Assembly (NCBI GenBank): GCA_963699545.1
Contig: CAVOUE010000004.1
Location: 1-64,000 of the forward strand
DNA: 64,000 bases
Direction of reading: 5' to 3'
From: Nitrospirota bacterium
GTDB taxonomy: Bacteria > Nitrospirota > Thermodesulfovibrionia > Thermodesulfovibrionales > UBA9159
A program made the position numbers and the translations under genes. Below the pieces are notes generated by a model. It saw nothing but the letters and a program-made list of their open reading frames with translations, ran no database searches and had not been told where the DNA came from. Positions 42,440-51,807 of this stretch are shown piece after piece (position 1 is the first letter of the stretch; each line of letters begins with the position of its first letter).

Positions 42440-42823
42440 TTATCTGCGGCCGACCGCCTGAGCGAGTATGTCACGATTCTCGTAGATGTTTCCTATGACC
42501 TCGCAATCGCTCTCTTTCCAGAGATTGCAGGCAAAACCGAAGTCTTCTCCGAATCCGAAGACGGAAGAGATAATGTAGTATTTCCTGTTCCGGACTCCGA
42601 AGGATGAGACATCAACGATATCTCCGACATAGATCTCGGTGTCCCATTTATCCCTCATTCCGGTATACTGTTGACTCTTTCTTTCGACGACATCGGCGTA
42701 GTCCCCGCAGTCACAGGGAGGAGGGACGAACTGGTCATCAAAAAAACCCCAGAAATGAAATTTGCCCTGGTGCCACACTCTGAATCTGATCTTCTTCCTT
42801 ATTTCACGGGTGAGCATCTTCAT
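42440..42823 (-). CDS. YopX-family protein
   Basis: IRFRVW, QYTG.RDK...EIY.GDIV, EVIGNIYEN. Confidence 0.85.
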   Translation of the reverse strand: MKMLTREIRKKIRFRVWHQGKFHFWGFFDDQFVPPPCDCGDYADVVERKSQQYTGMRDKWDTEIYVGDIVDVSSFGVRNRKYYIISSVFGFGEDFGFACNLWKESDCEVIGNIYENRDILAQAVGRR

Positions 42824-42906
42824 CCTCCTATTGGTTCGAAGGGTTTTCTTTTACACAAGCGTCCTTTGACACCGTTAACAGAATACTATAAAGGGCGTCA
42901 AGATTT

Positions 42907-42922
42907 TATGATACAGATCATA
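42907..42922. promoter_or_regulatory. Crp/Fnr-type box upstream of the Cys-rich ORF and regulator
   Basis: TATGATACAGATCATA; -10 TAGACT at 42944-42949. Confidence 0.7.
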
Positions 42923-42979
42923 ACCATTGTCCCGACAGAAGGCTAGACTAAAAGCATCCAGCCGATGAGGAGGTAATGT

Positions 42980-43189
42980 ATGTTTTGCTGCTTCGTCTGC
43001 ATCGAATGCGGCCATTACGGAGACCCTGACATGTCGCGGTGGAAGAAGACAGACGGCCGGGACAGAAGGTGCCATCAGTGCATTGTAGAGAGTGGTGATG
43101 CTACAGAAGAAGAGATAAGGCTCTGGAAAGATACTCTCCGTTTTCAGAAAGCGCCCGATGACCTTCCGAAGGGTGAGCTTGTTATGTGA
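42980..43189 (+). CDS. Small Cys-rich (metal-binding) protein
   Basis: SD GAGGAGG 6 nt upstream; CCxxCxxC and CxxC. Confidence 0.6.
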   Translation: MFCCFVCIECGHYGDPDMSRWKKTDGRDRRCHQCIVESGDATEEEIRLWKDTLRFQKAPDDLPKGELVM

Positions 43190-43233
43190 TATGTGTCCCG
43201 TCATGTTCATGTCATCACGTCTTCCAAAAGCAG

Positions 43234-43249
43234 TGTGACATTTATCACA
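43234..43249. promoter_or_regulatory. Consensus CRP/HcpR-like box abutting the regulator start (likely autoregulation)
   Basis: TGTGACATTTATCACA. Confidence 0.7.
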
Positions 43250-43256
43250 TCTAAAA

Positions 43257-44042
43257 TTGGCAGCGATGTACTATTTTGAAAAAAAGAAGGATTGCGAGAC
43301 CCTTTCATCCATCCCTTTTTTCAGGGAGATGGGTGAAGAGATAACCTGTTTCATCCTCGAATACGCTTCACATAAATACCTTCCCAAGGGGCAATATCTC
43401 TTTATGGCCGACGAAGTCTGCACGAACCTTTACATAGTCGAGGAGGGGCTTGTAGAAATCTCTCAGTTGAGCGAAGAAGGGAAAAAGATTGTTTTGCACC
43501 ATGCTACGAGGGGCGCTTTTTTGGGAGACACGATTCTTTTTAATGTGGGCAGATATGGAGCATATGCGCATTCCCTCGAAGATTCGGAGTTGTTATCCAT
43601 AGACAAGAAGAGTTTTGAAGGGATCATTCATGCTTATCCCGAGATCGGGATAAAGATGCTCGCTGATTTTGGAGAAAGAATCGAGAGGCTGAAATCACTG
43701 GTGGCGGAAGTAGCGCTCAACGATGTCAGGAAGAGGATCGTCAGGCTGCTCGTTGAACTCATCGAAGGCGAAAAGGAGAACTGTGTCTCGCGGGCAGGAG
43801 TCGATTACAGAAACAGCGTAATTCTCAGGAATGTCCCGACCCAGGACCAGATGGCTCACAGGATAGGGACCGTGAGAGAGGTCTTATGCAAGGGGCTGCA
43901 CAAGCTCGAAAGAGACCGCGTTATCAGGGTGAAAAGAGGGCAGATTGAGATAAACGACGTGCGGCGGTTGCGGGAGATGGTCTTTGAAAACAAGGGGGAC
44001 AGGCTCTTCCCCATCATGCTTCCGGCGAAAAGGAAAGCGTAG
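43257..44042 (+). CDS. Crp/Fnr family transcriptional regulator
   Basis: cNMP-binding fold (LYIVEEG.V, G..LG), HTH TQDQMAHRIGTVREVL. Confidence 0.92.
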   Translation: MAAMYYFEKKKDCETLSSIPFFREMGEEITCFILEYASHKYLPKGQYLFMADEVCTNLYIVEEGLVEISQLSEEGKKIVLHHATRGAFLGDTILFNVGRYGAYAHSLEDSELLSIDKKSFEGIIHAYPEIGIKMLADFGERIERLKSLVAEVALNDVRKRIVRLLVELIEGEKENCVSRAGVDYRNSVILRNVPTQDQMAHRIGTVREVLCKGLHKLERDRVIRVKRGQIEINDVRRLREMVFENKGDRLFPIMLPAKRKA

Positions 44043-44410
44043 GACAAGAGAGAGCTCATTATCACCTTCCAGGATGCAACTCGGCATCATCTTTACAACT
44101 TCCAGCCGACTCGCTAAAATTACTCGTATGGTTGCTCGTAAAGCTCCGATATTTGTCATTGCGGCTTATACCCCTTCAACTTCAGGCGGATCCGCCGGGA
44201 CTGACGATCCCTTTTAAGGGAAAGATTCCCGGGGAGCGGGAATGACATATCACTTGACGCGTACGATGGATTCGTGAAGCGTGCGGGTTTTGGAGGTACC
44301 GTTTCTTCCATTGACACGAAGGGTTTCAAAGATTTATCGTACTTCAATTCCGACTCAGGAGGGACAGAACGAAGAACCACGGAGACCTGACACTGCTGGT
44401 CGAGGAGGCG

Positions 44411-44977
44411 GTGAGGGATCATAGAAAGCTCAGGAACATCATATCTCTCCTTTACGATGAGGATATGGGTCAACGCCTCATCGCGGCAAAGGCGCTCGGG
44501 GAAATAGCACGACGAGAGCCTGAGCTTATGAAACAGAGGTGGGAACGTCTCTTCAGGGCCTTTGATGACACCATGAGCTGCTGGGGCGTTGCAGAGGCAC
44601 TGGGAGAGATAGCAAGAAACTTGCCGGAGCACAGAAGGAAGATCGTTTTGTTCCTGAAAGTGTTCAGGAAGGACGAGTGTAGCTGCCAGGGGTATCTATG
44701 GGGGATGTGCAGGATCTGCCAGGTTGACAGGGACATGATCAAAGACTTCATTCCTGAACTGACGGGTTTTTTGAATTCACCCAACGTCTGTATGACCGGG
44801 CAGGCCATATGGGTCGTCGGTGAATTGGGCATAAAGGAAGCAACGGTAGAGATAAAGGGTTTTCTGGATGATGCAAGGGAGACCTGGATTTTTGAGAATG
44901 ATTCGGTCTGTATAAAAAGCATCCGCTGGATTGCAAAGGAAGCTCTCAGCAAACTGGAATGTCGAGAGAGTCTCTAA
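44411..44977 (+). CDS. HEAT-repeat protein (DVU0298-like)
   Basis: LLYDED, AAKALG, WGVAEALGEI, AIWVVGEL; SD GAGGAGG. Confidence 0.7.
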   Translation: MRDHRKLRNIISLLYDEDMGQRLIAAKALGEIARREPELMKQRWERLFRAFDDTMSCWGVAEALGEIARNLPEHRRKIVLFLKVFRKDECSCQGYLWGMCRICQVDRDMIKDFIPELTGFLNSPNVCMTGQAIWVVGELGIKEATVEIKGFLDDARETWIFENDSVCIKSIRWIAKEALSKLECRESL

Positions 44978-45011
44978 TAGTAAAAAAGTTCTTCTCTCCG
45001 TAAAGTGTTGT

Positions 45012-45737
45012 TCAGGGGATGTCTGCTTTCAAAGGTTTCAGGGTTCTTAATCTCGCGATCTCCTCATGATATCCGTAGATGTGGGCCCCGGCGCTGTATA
45101 CGTACATCGGTCCGTTGGTCAGCTTTGTCTCGCTTGCCACCAGCTTCTTCAGGAGTTCTATCCCGCCAAGGTTGGTGGGAAATCCCGCCCAGAGGTCCCA
45201 CGAGCGAAAATAGCAGCTCACGGTGAGCACCAGATCATCACCTGAGGGGATCGCCTTAAAGTCGAGAAGCCTCAGACACGGCGGGTCCAGTTTTCCGTCG
45301 TTGCCGAAGCAGATGTCGTGATCCTCGGGAGTGCCGACCTCAACGACCGCCTGGTTTGTGAGGGGCGTTTTTTTGAGCAGCTCCATCACCCGCTCGAGCT
45401 GCGTTCCCCCCTTTGGCATGGGATGATGTATCCTGCTTGCGTACTTGTACGTCTCGTTCTCAGCCAGGGTGGGGTCCATGAGGTAGTGCACAAAATAGTC
45501 TTCGATATAGTCCATGGTGGTCGGGGCAGGGATCCCCGAAGCAGGGGGCATCACCGGGATCATATCTTCACCGGGATATTCGATGAAGACCGCTATACCG
45601 GGATACTGCAGACGGTATTGCTCATTCTCAAATGAGCCGTGCTGTATGTTTTGGGTATAGGCATGATCGAACAGGTTGTAAATCAGCTGGAACCACGCAT
45701 CGGAAATAGTCTTTGCCTTCACAAAAAATGGAACCAT
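45012..45737 (-). CDS. thyA: Thymidylate synthase (short, archaeal-like ThyA)
   Basis: PPCLR, YFRSWDL..GFPTN, AHIY. Confidence 0.85.
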   Translation of the reverse strand: MVPFFVKAKTISDAWFQLIYNLFDHAYTQNIQHGSFENEQYRLQYPGIAVFIEYPGEDMIPVMPPASGIPAPTTMDYIEDYFVHYLMDPTLAENETYKYASRIHHPMPKGGTQLERVMELLKKTPLTNQAVVEVGTPEDHDICFGNDGKLDPPCLRLLDFKAIPSGDDLVLTVSCYFRSWDLWAGFPTNLGGIELLKKLVASETKLTNGPMYVYSAGAHIYGYHEEIARLRTLKPLKADIP

Positions 45738-45970
45738 CGGTATTCCCCTTTCTCCGTCAGTGAGCTCCGGCAACAAATTATCATATCACAATCAGGGGGG
45801 GAAATTGCGGGCGAACATTGCGGAAACAACACGAGACCTGCAACGAGATGGGGTTATGCGTTGCTTCCGTGAGAACGTCTTTTCGACGGTGCTCCAATGA
45901 AGCGAGCACGCTGCGGCTGACCAATGGCAGGGAAGCCAGAGCCATTAGTCAGCCCTTATTTACGGGATGG

Positions 45971-46288
45971 TCAGCATTCAACGGGTTTCGGCAATCCGGC
46001 CAGCTTGTATGCAGTCCTGTACCCTAAGGAGGGAAAGAGTCTGTACATGTCGGCCTTCGTAAAGCCTGCTTCAATGAGAATGTCGCGGCACACGGGGGAT
46101 ACTCTGTTCCTCTCATAATGGAGCCTGATCGCTGTAATGAGCTTCCAGTGTTCACCGGTGAGCGCTCCGACGCCTTCCATCCCCGCGAGTTGCTCTGCAA
46201 CGCGCACATCCCAGGTATCAATGTCCCTGAGATACCCGTCTTCATCCAGTTCCAGTCTTTTTTCGCTGCTTTCTACGGCTGTTGTCAT
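45971..46288 (-). CDS. TusE/DsrC family sulfur-carrier-like protein (terminal Cys only)
   Basis: LDEDGYL...W, LT.EHW, LFP, AGLPKPVEC. Confidence 0.88.
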   Translation of the reverse strand: MTTAVESSEKRLELDEDGYLRDIDTWDVRVAEQLAGMEGVGALTGEHWKLITAIRLHYERNRVSPVCRDILIEAGFTKADMYRLFPSLGYRTAYKLAGLPKPVEC

Positions 46289-46374
46289 GAGTGCACCTCC
46301 TTGGTTTGTAAGAACATCCCTATCCCTCGTCTCTTACGTCCACTTTAATGGTATATCCTTTCTGTCAATAAACC

Positions 46375-46390
46375 TATGATATATGTCATA
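46375..46390. promoter_or_regulatory. Crp/Fnr-type box upstream of the tusE/dsrC-like gene
   Basis: TATGATATATGTCATA; -10 TACCAT (minus strand, 46348-46353). Confidence 0.7.
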
Positions 46391-46408
46391 TCCCGTGCTC
46401 AAAGGCCC

Positions 46409-46437
46409 TTGACACAAAACACCAAAACTTTTATTCT
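46409..46437 (+). promoter_or_regulatory. Sigma-70 promoter of argH (leaderless geometry)
   Basis: TTGACA-N17-TATTCT, then 6 nt, then ATG. Confidence 0.6.
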
Positions 46438-46443
46438 TAGGCC

Positions 46444-47827
46444 ATGAAGAAACTCTGGGGAGGAAGCTTCAGGGAGAGGACATCCGGGGTCGTGGAGTCT
46501 TTCACGGAATCTATCTCCTTTGACAGGCGCCTCTGGAGATACGACATCGAGGGAAGCGTGGCCCATGCGGAGATGCTCGGCAGGCAGGGGATAATCACGA
46601 ACAGCGATTCAGACAGGATAATTCACGGACTGAAAACGCTGGCCGGCGAGATCGAGTCCGGAAAGTTCCGGTTCAGGGAAGACCTTGAAGACATCCATAT
46701 GAACATTGAGGCCGCCCTCATCAAAAAGATCGGTCCTGCCGGGAAGAAGCTTCACACGGCAAGATCCAGAAATGATCAGGTCGCCCTTGACCTCAGGCTT
46801 TACCTGAGGGACGAGACAGGGCTGATCATCTCGGCGCTCAGAGGACTTCAGGAAGCGCTCGTGGAGAGTGCAGAAAAAAATGTGGCCTGCATTATGCCCG
46901 GATACACGCATCTCCAGAGGGCACAGCCGGTGCTTCTCGCTCATCATCTCCTCGCCTATGCCGAAATGCTTGAGAGGGATAAGGGAAGGTTTCGCGATGC
47001 CCTGAAAAGGATCAATGTCCTCCCCCTGGGCGCATGCGCCCTTGCCGGTACATCATTGCCGATTGACAGGGAATATGTGGCGAAGGTCCTCGGCTTTGAC
47101 TCTGTCTCGGACAACAGTATGGATGCGGTATCGGACAGGGATTTTGCCCTTGAGTTCCTGTCTGATGCGGCGATCCTTGCGGTGCATCTGTCCAGGATGG
47201 CAGAGGAGTTGGTCCTCTGGTCCACCGAGGAGTTCTCCTTTGTGGAGCTGCCCGACTCCTTCACCACAGGATCGAGCATCATGCCCCAGAAGAAGAATCC
47301 CGACGTTGCTGAGCTTGTGCGGGGGAAGACCGGAAGGGTCTTCGGGTCGCTCATCGCCCTGTTGACGACCATGAAAGGCCTGCCTCTTGCCTATAACAGG
47401 GACATGCAGGAAGACAAGATGCCTGTCTTTGACGGAGTGGATACGGCAAAGGCGTCCCTTTCCGTCATGAGCGCCATGATCCGACATATCACATTCAACA
47501 AGGAGAGGATGGCGGAGACCCTCGTCAGGGGCCTATTCCACAGCCACTGATATAGCGGAGTATCTCGTCCGGAGGGGCATGCCTTTCCGTGAGGCCCACG
47601 AAGTGACGGGTCGCATCGTCATCCACTGCGTGAGAAAGAAAAAGAGCCTCAGCGATCTGAAGATCGGTGAATTGAAGAAATTTTCCGGATTGATAGGCCA
47701 GGATATTTATCCCCTTCTCACGGCCGAAGGGTCCGTGGCTGCGAAAAGGTCCAGGGGAGGCACTTCACCGGGTGAGGTGAAGAGGCAGATAGCAAGGCTC
47801 AAGAAGGCGATTGCAGACAAAAAGTGA
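46444..47827 (+). CDS. argH: Argininosuccinate lyase, frameshift near 47520
   Basis: [35 protein letters not shown]. Confidence 0.95.
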
Positions 47828-48860
47828 TACGTCCATACATGAAGCATTCCCGATACTCTTTCGTATGATGCGCTACGCTGCCGTTCGCCCGCTGCGATTT
47901 TCTGGTAAGCGTTTTCTTGCTGATATAAAGACCGTTGCCCGCTTGTTGCTTCTTGCCTCTTTTGCTGTGTCTTCAGTGCTTGCGATCTCCTGCGGCAAGA
48001 AAGGTCCGCCAACAATAAAAGCGTACGAGAAACCTCAGGCGCCGTCAGGCCTGACCGCATATCACAGGGAAGACAGGATGGTTCTCTCCTGGTCGTTTCC
48101 CGACAACCTCAGGTCATCGTTGACAGGGTTCCAGATCCTGAGGTCGGATAAGGACGGATTCGAAAGAATAGGGGCGGTGACCGGCAGCAAAAGCTCTTTC
48201 GCGGACGAGACATTCAAGGTGGATGTGCCCTGTTCCTATAAGGTGGTGGCGGAGAATCTGAAAGGGGTCGTAAGCAGCGACTCAAACGTAATCACTGTGA
48301 CCCCGAAACCCGTCCCTGCGGCTCCGGCGGATATCCGCTTCTCTGTCAAGCCGGACAGCGTTGTCATTTCCTGGACAAGTTCAGGGGAAGGCGCCTGCTA
48401 TAACATCTATAAGACCGGCGAAAAAGGGAAATATGGGAACAGCGCGCTGAATAAGGCGCGTGTGTGCGCAACGTCCTTCACGGATGCAGCGGTGAGCCCT
48501 GAGAAGTCCGCCTATTACGAGGTCAGGGCATTATGGATGACCGATATCGGGGACGAGGGATCTGCATCCGAAGAACGGGAAGTGAACCCTACCCATTTTG
48601 TCCCCTCAGCTCCTTCCGACCTCAGGGTGGTAAAGGATGACAAAACATATCTTATGTGGAAGGAGAGTCCTGAACCCTGGGTGAGGGGCTACCGCGTGTA
48701 CCGCAGGATTGACGGAGAGCAGGAATTCACTCTTCTCAACGAGGTGAAGCTGCCGACGTTTACCGACACGGAAAAGATCGATAAGAAGGTCTGGTACATG
48801 ATAAAGGCCGTGGGACCTGCAATGGAGAGCGAACCACTGGTCGGCGAGGTGGCAAACTAA
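47811..48860 (+). CDS. Fibronectin type III lipoprotein (start uncertain)
   Basis: Lipobox ISCGKKGPP; three FN3-like repeats. Confidence 0.75.
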   Translation: MQTKSDTSIHEAFPILFRMMRYAAVRPLRFSGKRFLADIKTVARLLLLASFAVSSVLAISCGKKGPPTIKAYEKPQAPSGLTAYHREDRMVLSWSFPDNLRSSLTGFQILRSDKDGFERIGAVTGSKSSFADETFKVDVPCSYKVVAENLKGVVSSDSNVITVTPKPVPAAPADIRFSVKPDSVVISWTSSGEGACYNIYKTGEKGKYGNSALNKARVCATSFTDAAVSPEKSAYYEVRALWMTDIGDEGSASEEREVNPTHFVPSAPSDLRVVKDDKTYLMWKESPEPWVRGYRVYRRIDGEQEFTLLNEVKLPTFTDTEKIDKKVWYMIKAVGPAMESEPLVGEVAN

Positions 48861-48990
48861 AGGGTCGGAGGACCCTCTCAATCAAGGTCTGGTGCGGTTT
48901 TCCGTCTATTGACAATGAAAGAGCTCATGTATTACTCTAATCAAAACCCTGTTCACTCTGAAAGCGGGGAGAACCTTGTTCGAATAGAGA

Positions 48991-49584
48991 ATGGCCTGGA
49001 TGAAAGACAAGATAATCAAAGCCTTCGAAGAAAGCATAACCGTCAAAGACAAGTTCGTTAAGGAAAACGTTGACATGATCGTGGGGGCTTCGAAGCTCAT
49101 CGCCGATGCCTTCAATGACGGCAAGAAACTCTTCCTCTTCGGCAACGGCGGAAGCGCGACGGATGCCTCGCACATTGCCGCGGAATTCGTGAACCGGTTC
49201 AAACGCGACCGGCCGGGGCTTCCCGCCATTGCCCTCAACACCGATGTGGCGGTGCTCACCTCCATCGCCAATGATTATGACTTTTCCGAGATCTTTGCGC
49301 GACAGCTCAAATCTCTGTCTGAAGAAGGGGATGTGGTCCTCGCCATTAGCACCAGCGGCAATTCAGGCAACGTGCTTAAGGCCATGGATGTGGCAAAGAG
49401 GAAAAAGCTCAGGACCATAATCTTTACAGGAGCAAAGGGGGAGAAGTTCGCTGCCAAGGCGGAGTTCGGCTTTGTCGTTCCGTCCGAGAACACCCCGAGG
49501 GTGCAGGAGACCCACATTACGTTGGGACATGTCCTCTGCCAGATGGTGGAGGAGATACTCTTTGAGACACCGAGAAAGAGGTAG
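48991..49584 (+). CDS. gmhA: D-sedoheptulose 7-phosphate isomerase
   Basis: GNGGSA.DA.H, ANDY, ISTSGNS, RVQETH. Confidence 0.93.
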   Translation: MAWMKDKIIKAFEESITVKDKFVKENVDMIVGASKLIADAFNDGKKLFLFGNGGSATDASHIAAEFVNRFKRDRPGLPAIALNTDVAVLTSIANDYDFSEIFARQLKSLSEEGDVVLAISTSGNSGNVLKAMDVAKRKKLRTIIFTGAKGEKFAAKAEFGFVVPSENTPRVQETHITLGHVLCQMVEEILFETPRKR

Positions 49585-49620
49585 CGGGATCGTACGCGTT
49601 GACCCGGACACGGGTCGTGG

Positions 49621-50115
49621 ATGGGGAGCATGATCATCCTTGGTTTGGACCCCGGCCTGGCAAGCACCGGTTTTGGTGCCATCAGTTGTACAAGAGACTC
49701 CTCTTCCCTGCTGAAGTGCGGGTATATAAAGACCTCTCCTAAGGAACATATCTCCGACAGACTTTTCCATATCCATTCGGACATCAATCACCTGATCCGC
49801 GCCCTCCATCCTGACCTGATCGCCATAGAGAATGTATTCTCTCTCGTAAGATACCCCAAGGCCGGTATATTATTGGGAGGGGTTTTGGGTATCATATATC
49901 TGTCTGTTTTCCAGAATAATGTGTCGATGGTGGAAATTACGGCGAAAGAGGTGAAGAATGCCCTGGTGGGATATGGCGGGGCGGACAAGCGTCAGGTGAA
50001 CGAGACGATAAAGGATCTGCTGAACCTTTCTGAACTCAGGTCGTTTCACGCCTCTGATGCACTGGCGGTGGCCCTGACCGCGTTTTACCGGAACTCCGGC
50101 GGGAGGAAACGGTGA
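49621..50115 (+). CDS. ruvC: Holliday junction resolvase
   Basis: ILGLDPG, AIE.VF, GYGGADK.QV, DALAVA. Confidence 0.92.
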   Translation: MGSMIILGLDPGLASTGFGAISCTRDSSSLLKCGYIKTSPKEHISDRLFHIHSDINHLIRALHPDLIAIENVFSLVRYPKAGILLGGVLGIIYLSVFQNNVSMVEITAKEVKNALVGYGGADKRQVNETIKDLLNLSELRSFHASDALAVALTAFYRNSGGRKR

Positions 50116-50732
50116 TCTCTTATCTCAAAGGGGAGCTCCGGATGAACCGCGCCCATGACGACAGGGTCACCCTCGTCGTGAACGGGATAGGCTATGATGT
50201 CCTGATCCCCGCGTTTGTGATGAAGAGGGTCAGGGCGGACAAGAAAGAGGGAGACGAGTTGGAACTCTATGTCTCATACAACCAGACAGAGCGGCAGCCG
50301 AAACCGGTCCTCGTGGGGTTTGAATCTCCCCTGGACAAAGAGTTCTTTGAGCTCTTCATCTCTGTGGAAGATATAGGGCCTTCAGCGGCGGTAAAGGCCC
50401 TGGTAAAGCCGGTAAGGGAGATCGCCCGTTCCATTGAGGGGAAGGATACCAGGGCGTTGAAGGAGTTGAAGGGCATTGGCGAGAGAAAGGCCGAAAAGAT
50501 CATCGCCACTCTCAAGGGGAAGGTGGCGAAGTATGCGCTGATGCCTGAGATCGCAGCGCCGGTCGAGATCGTGGAGGACTTCAGAAAGGAAGTGGAAGAC
50601 GTCCTGATAAGTCAGCTGGGGCATAAGCTCCTGGAGGCCCGGCAGTTGATCGAGGCTGCCATGAAGCGGAATCCCCGCATCGGGTCATCGGAAGAGTTGT
50701 TCGAGGAAGTCTATCGGGGGGAGAGGCAGTGA
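50112..50732 (+). CDS. ruvA: Holliday junction branch migration protein
   Basis: MISYLKG, NGIGY, IGP, GIG.RKAEKII. Confidence 0.9.
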   Translation: MISYLKGELRMNRAHDDRVTLVVNGIGYDVLIPAFVMKRVRADKKEGDELELYVSYNQTERQPKPVLVGFESPLDKEFFELFISVEDIGPSAAVKALVKPVREIARSIEGKDTRALKELKGIGERKAEKIIATLKGKVAKYALMPEIAAPVEIVEDFRKEVEDVLISQLGHKLLEARQLIEAAMKRNPRIGSSEELFEEVYRGERQ

Positions 50733-51799
50733 TCTACGAAGAAGAGAACAATATCCCTGATGTCCTCCCCGACATCTTGAAGGATAAGAGCCCTCTCGAT
50801 GAAGAGAACAACCTGAACCTGAGGCCGAAAAGGCTTTTCGAGTATATCGGTCAGGAAAAGATCGTGGAAACGCTGAAGATTGCCATTGAAGCGGCCTTGC
50901 AGAGGAAGGAGCCGTTGGACCATGTTCTGTTCAACGGGCCGCCGGGGCTGGGGAAAACAACCCTGGCTCACATCATCGCCAGCGAGATGGGTACCAAGAT
51001 CATCACGTCGTCAGGCCCCGCGCTCGAAAAGGGCGGCGACCTGATGGGCATCCTGACCCATATTGAAAAAGGGGATGTCTTTTTCATCGATGAGATACAC
51101 AGGATACCGAAGGTGGTGGAGGAATTCCTCTATCCCGCGATGGAAGACTTTGCCGTGGATTTCATATTCGACAAGGGCGTCCATGCGCGGACGCATCGTT
51201 ACCGGCTTGAGCCCTTTACTCTTATCGGCGCCACCACAAGGGCGGGTCTCCTTTCTTCTCCTTTGAGGGAACGGTTCGGTATCACGCGGGATCTGGACTT
51301 CTACAATGAAAATGATCTGGTCCGGATCGTGAGACGCTCATCCGAGATCCTGGAAGTAACCACTGAAGAGGAGGGCGCATACGAGATAGCGAGGAGGGCG
51401 CGGGGGACACCGAGGGTCGCAAACAGGCTGTTGAAGCGCGTCAGGGATTATGCCCAGGTGAGGGCAGAGGGAAAGATTACGAAGGAAGTGGCGATGGAGG
51501 CCTTGACGCTGGAAGGGATCGATGAACACGGCCTGGGGGAGACGGACCGGAAACTGCTCAAGACAGTCATTCTGAATTACAAAGGGGGACCCGTCGGCAT
51601 CGAAGCGATTGCCTCGACCCTCCAGGTCGAGTCGGACGTCCTGCTGGATGTGGTCGAGCCGTATCTGCTGAAGTCAGGCTTTATCATCAGGACATCGCAG
51701 GGGAGAAAGGCCTCTGAAAAGGCCTACGCCCACCTGAATCTCTCTCATAAGGGTGAGCCGGGACTCTTTGACGATACCAAACGCAAGAGAAGTTCATAG
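50729..51799 (+). CDS. ruvB: Holliday junction DNA helicase
   Basis: [31 protein letters not shown]. Confidence 0.96.
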   Translation: MIYEEENNIPDVLPDILKDKSPLDEENNLNLRPKRLFEYIGQEKIVETLKIAIEAALQRKEPLDHVLFNGPPGLGKTTLAHIIASEMGTKIITSSGPALEKGGDLMGILTHIEKGDVFFIDEIHRIPKVVEEFLYPAMEDFAVDFIFDKGVHARTHRYRLEPFTLIGATTRAGLLSSPLRERFGITRDLDFYNENDLVRIVRRSSEILEVTTEEEGAYEIARRARGTPRVANRLLKRVRDYAQVRAEGKITKEVAMEALTLEGIDEHGLGETDRKLLKTVILNYKGGPVGIEAIASTLQVESDVLLDVVEPYLLKSGFIIRTSQGRKASEKAYAHLNLSHKGEPGLFDDTKRKRSS

Positions 51800-51807
51800 G
51801 GCCTTGT

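Noticed and set aside
42090-42440. Cobalamin riboswitch ahead of the mtaA-like gene
   Set aside because: B12-box and core consensus elements are not recognisable
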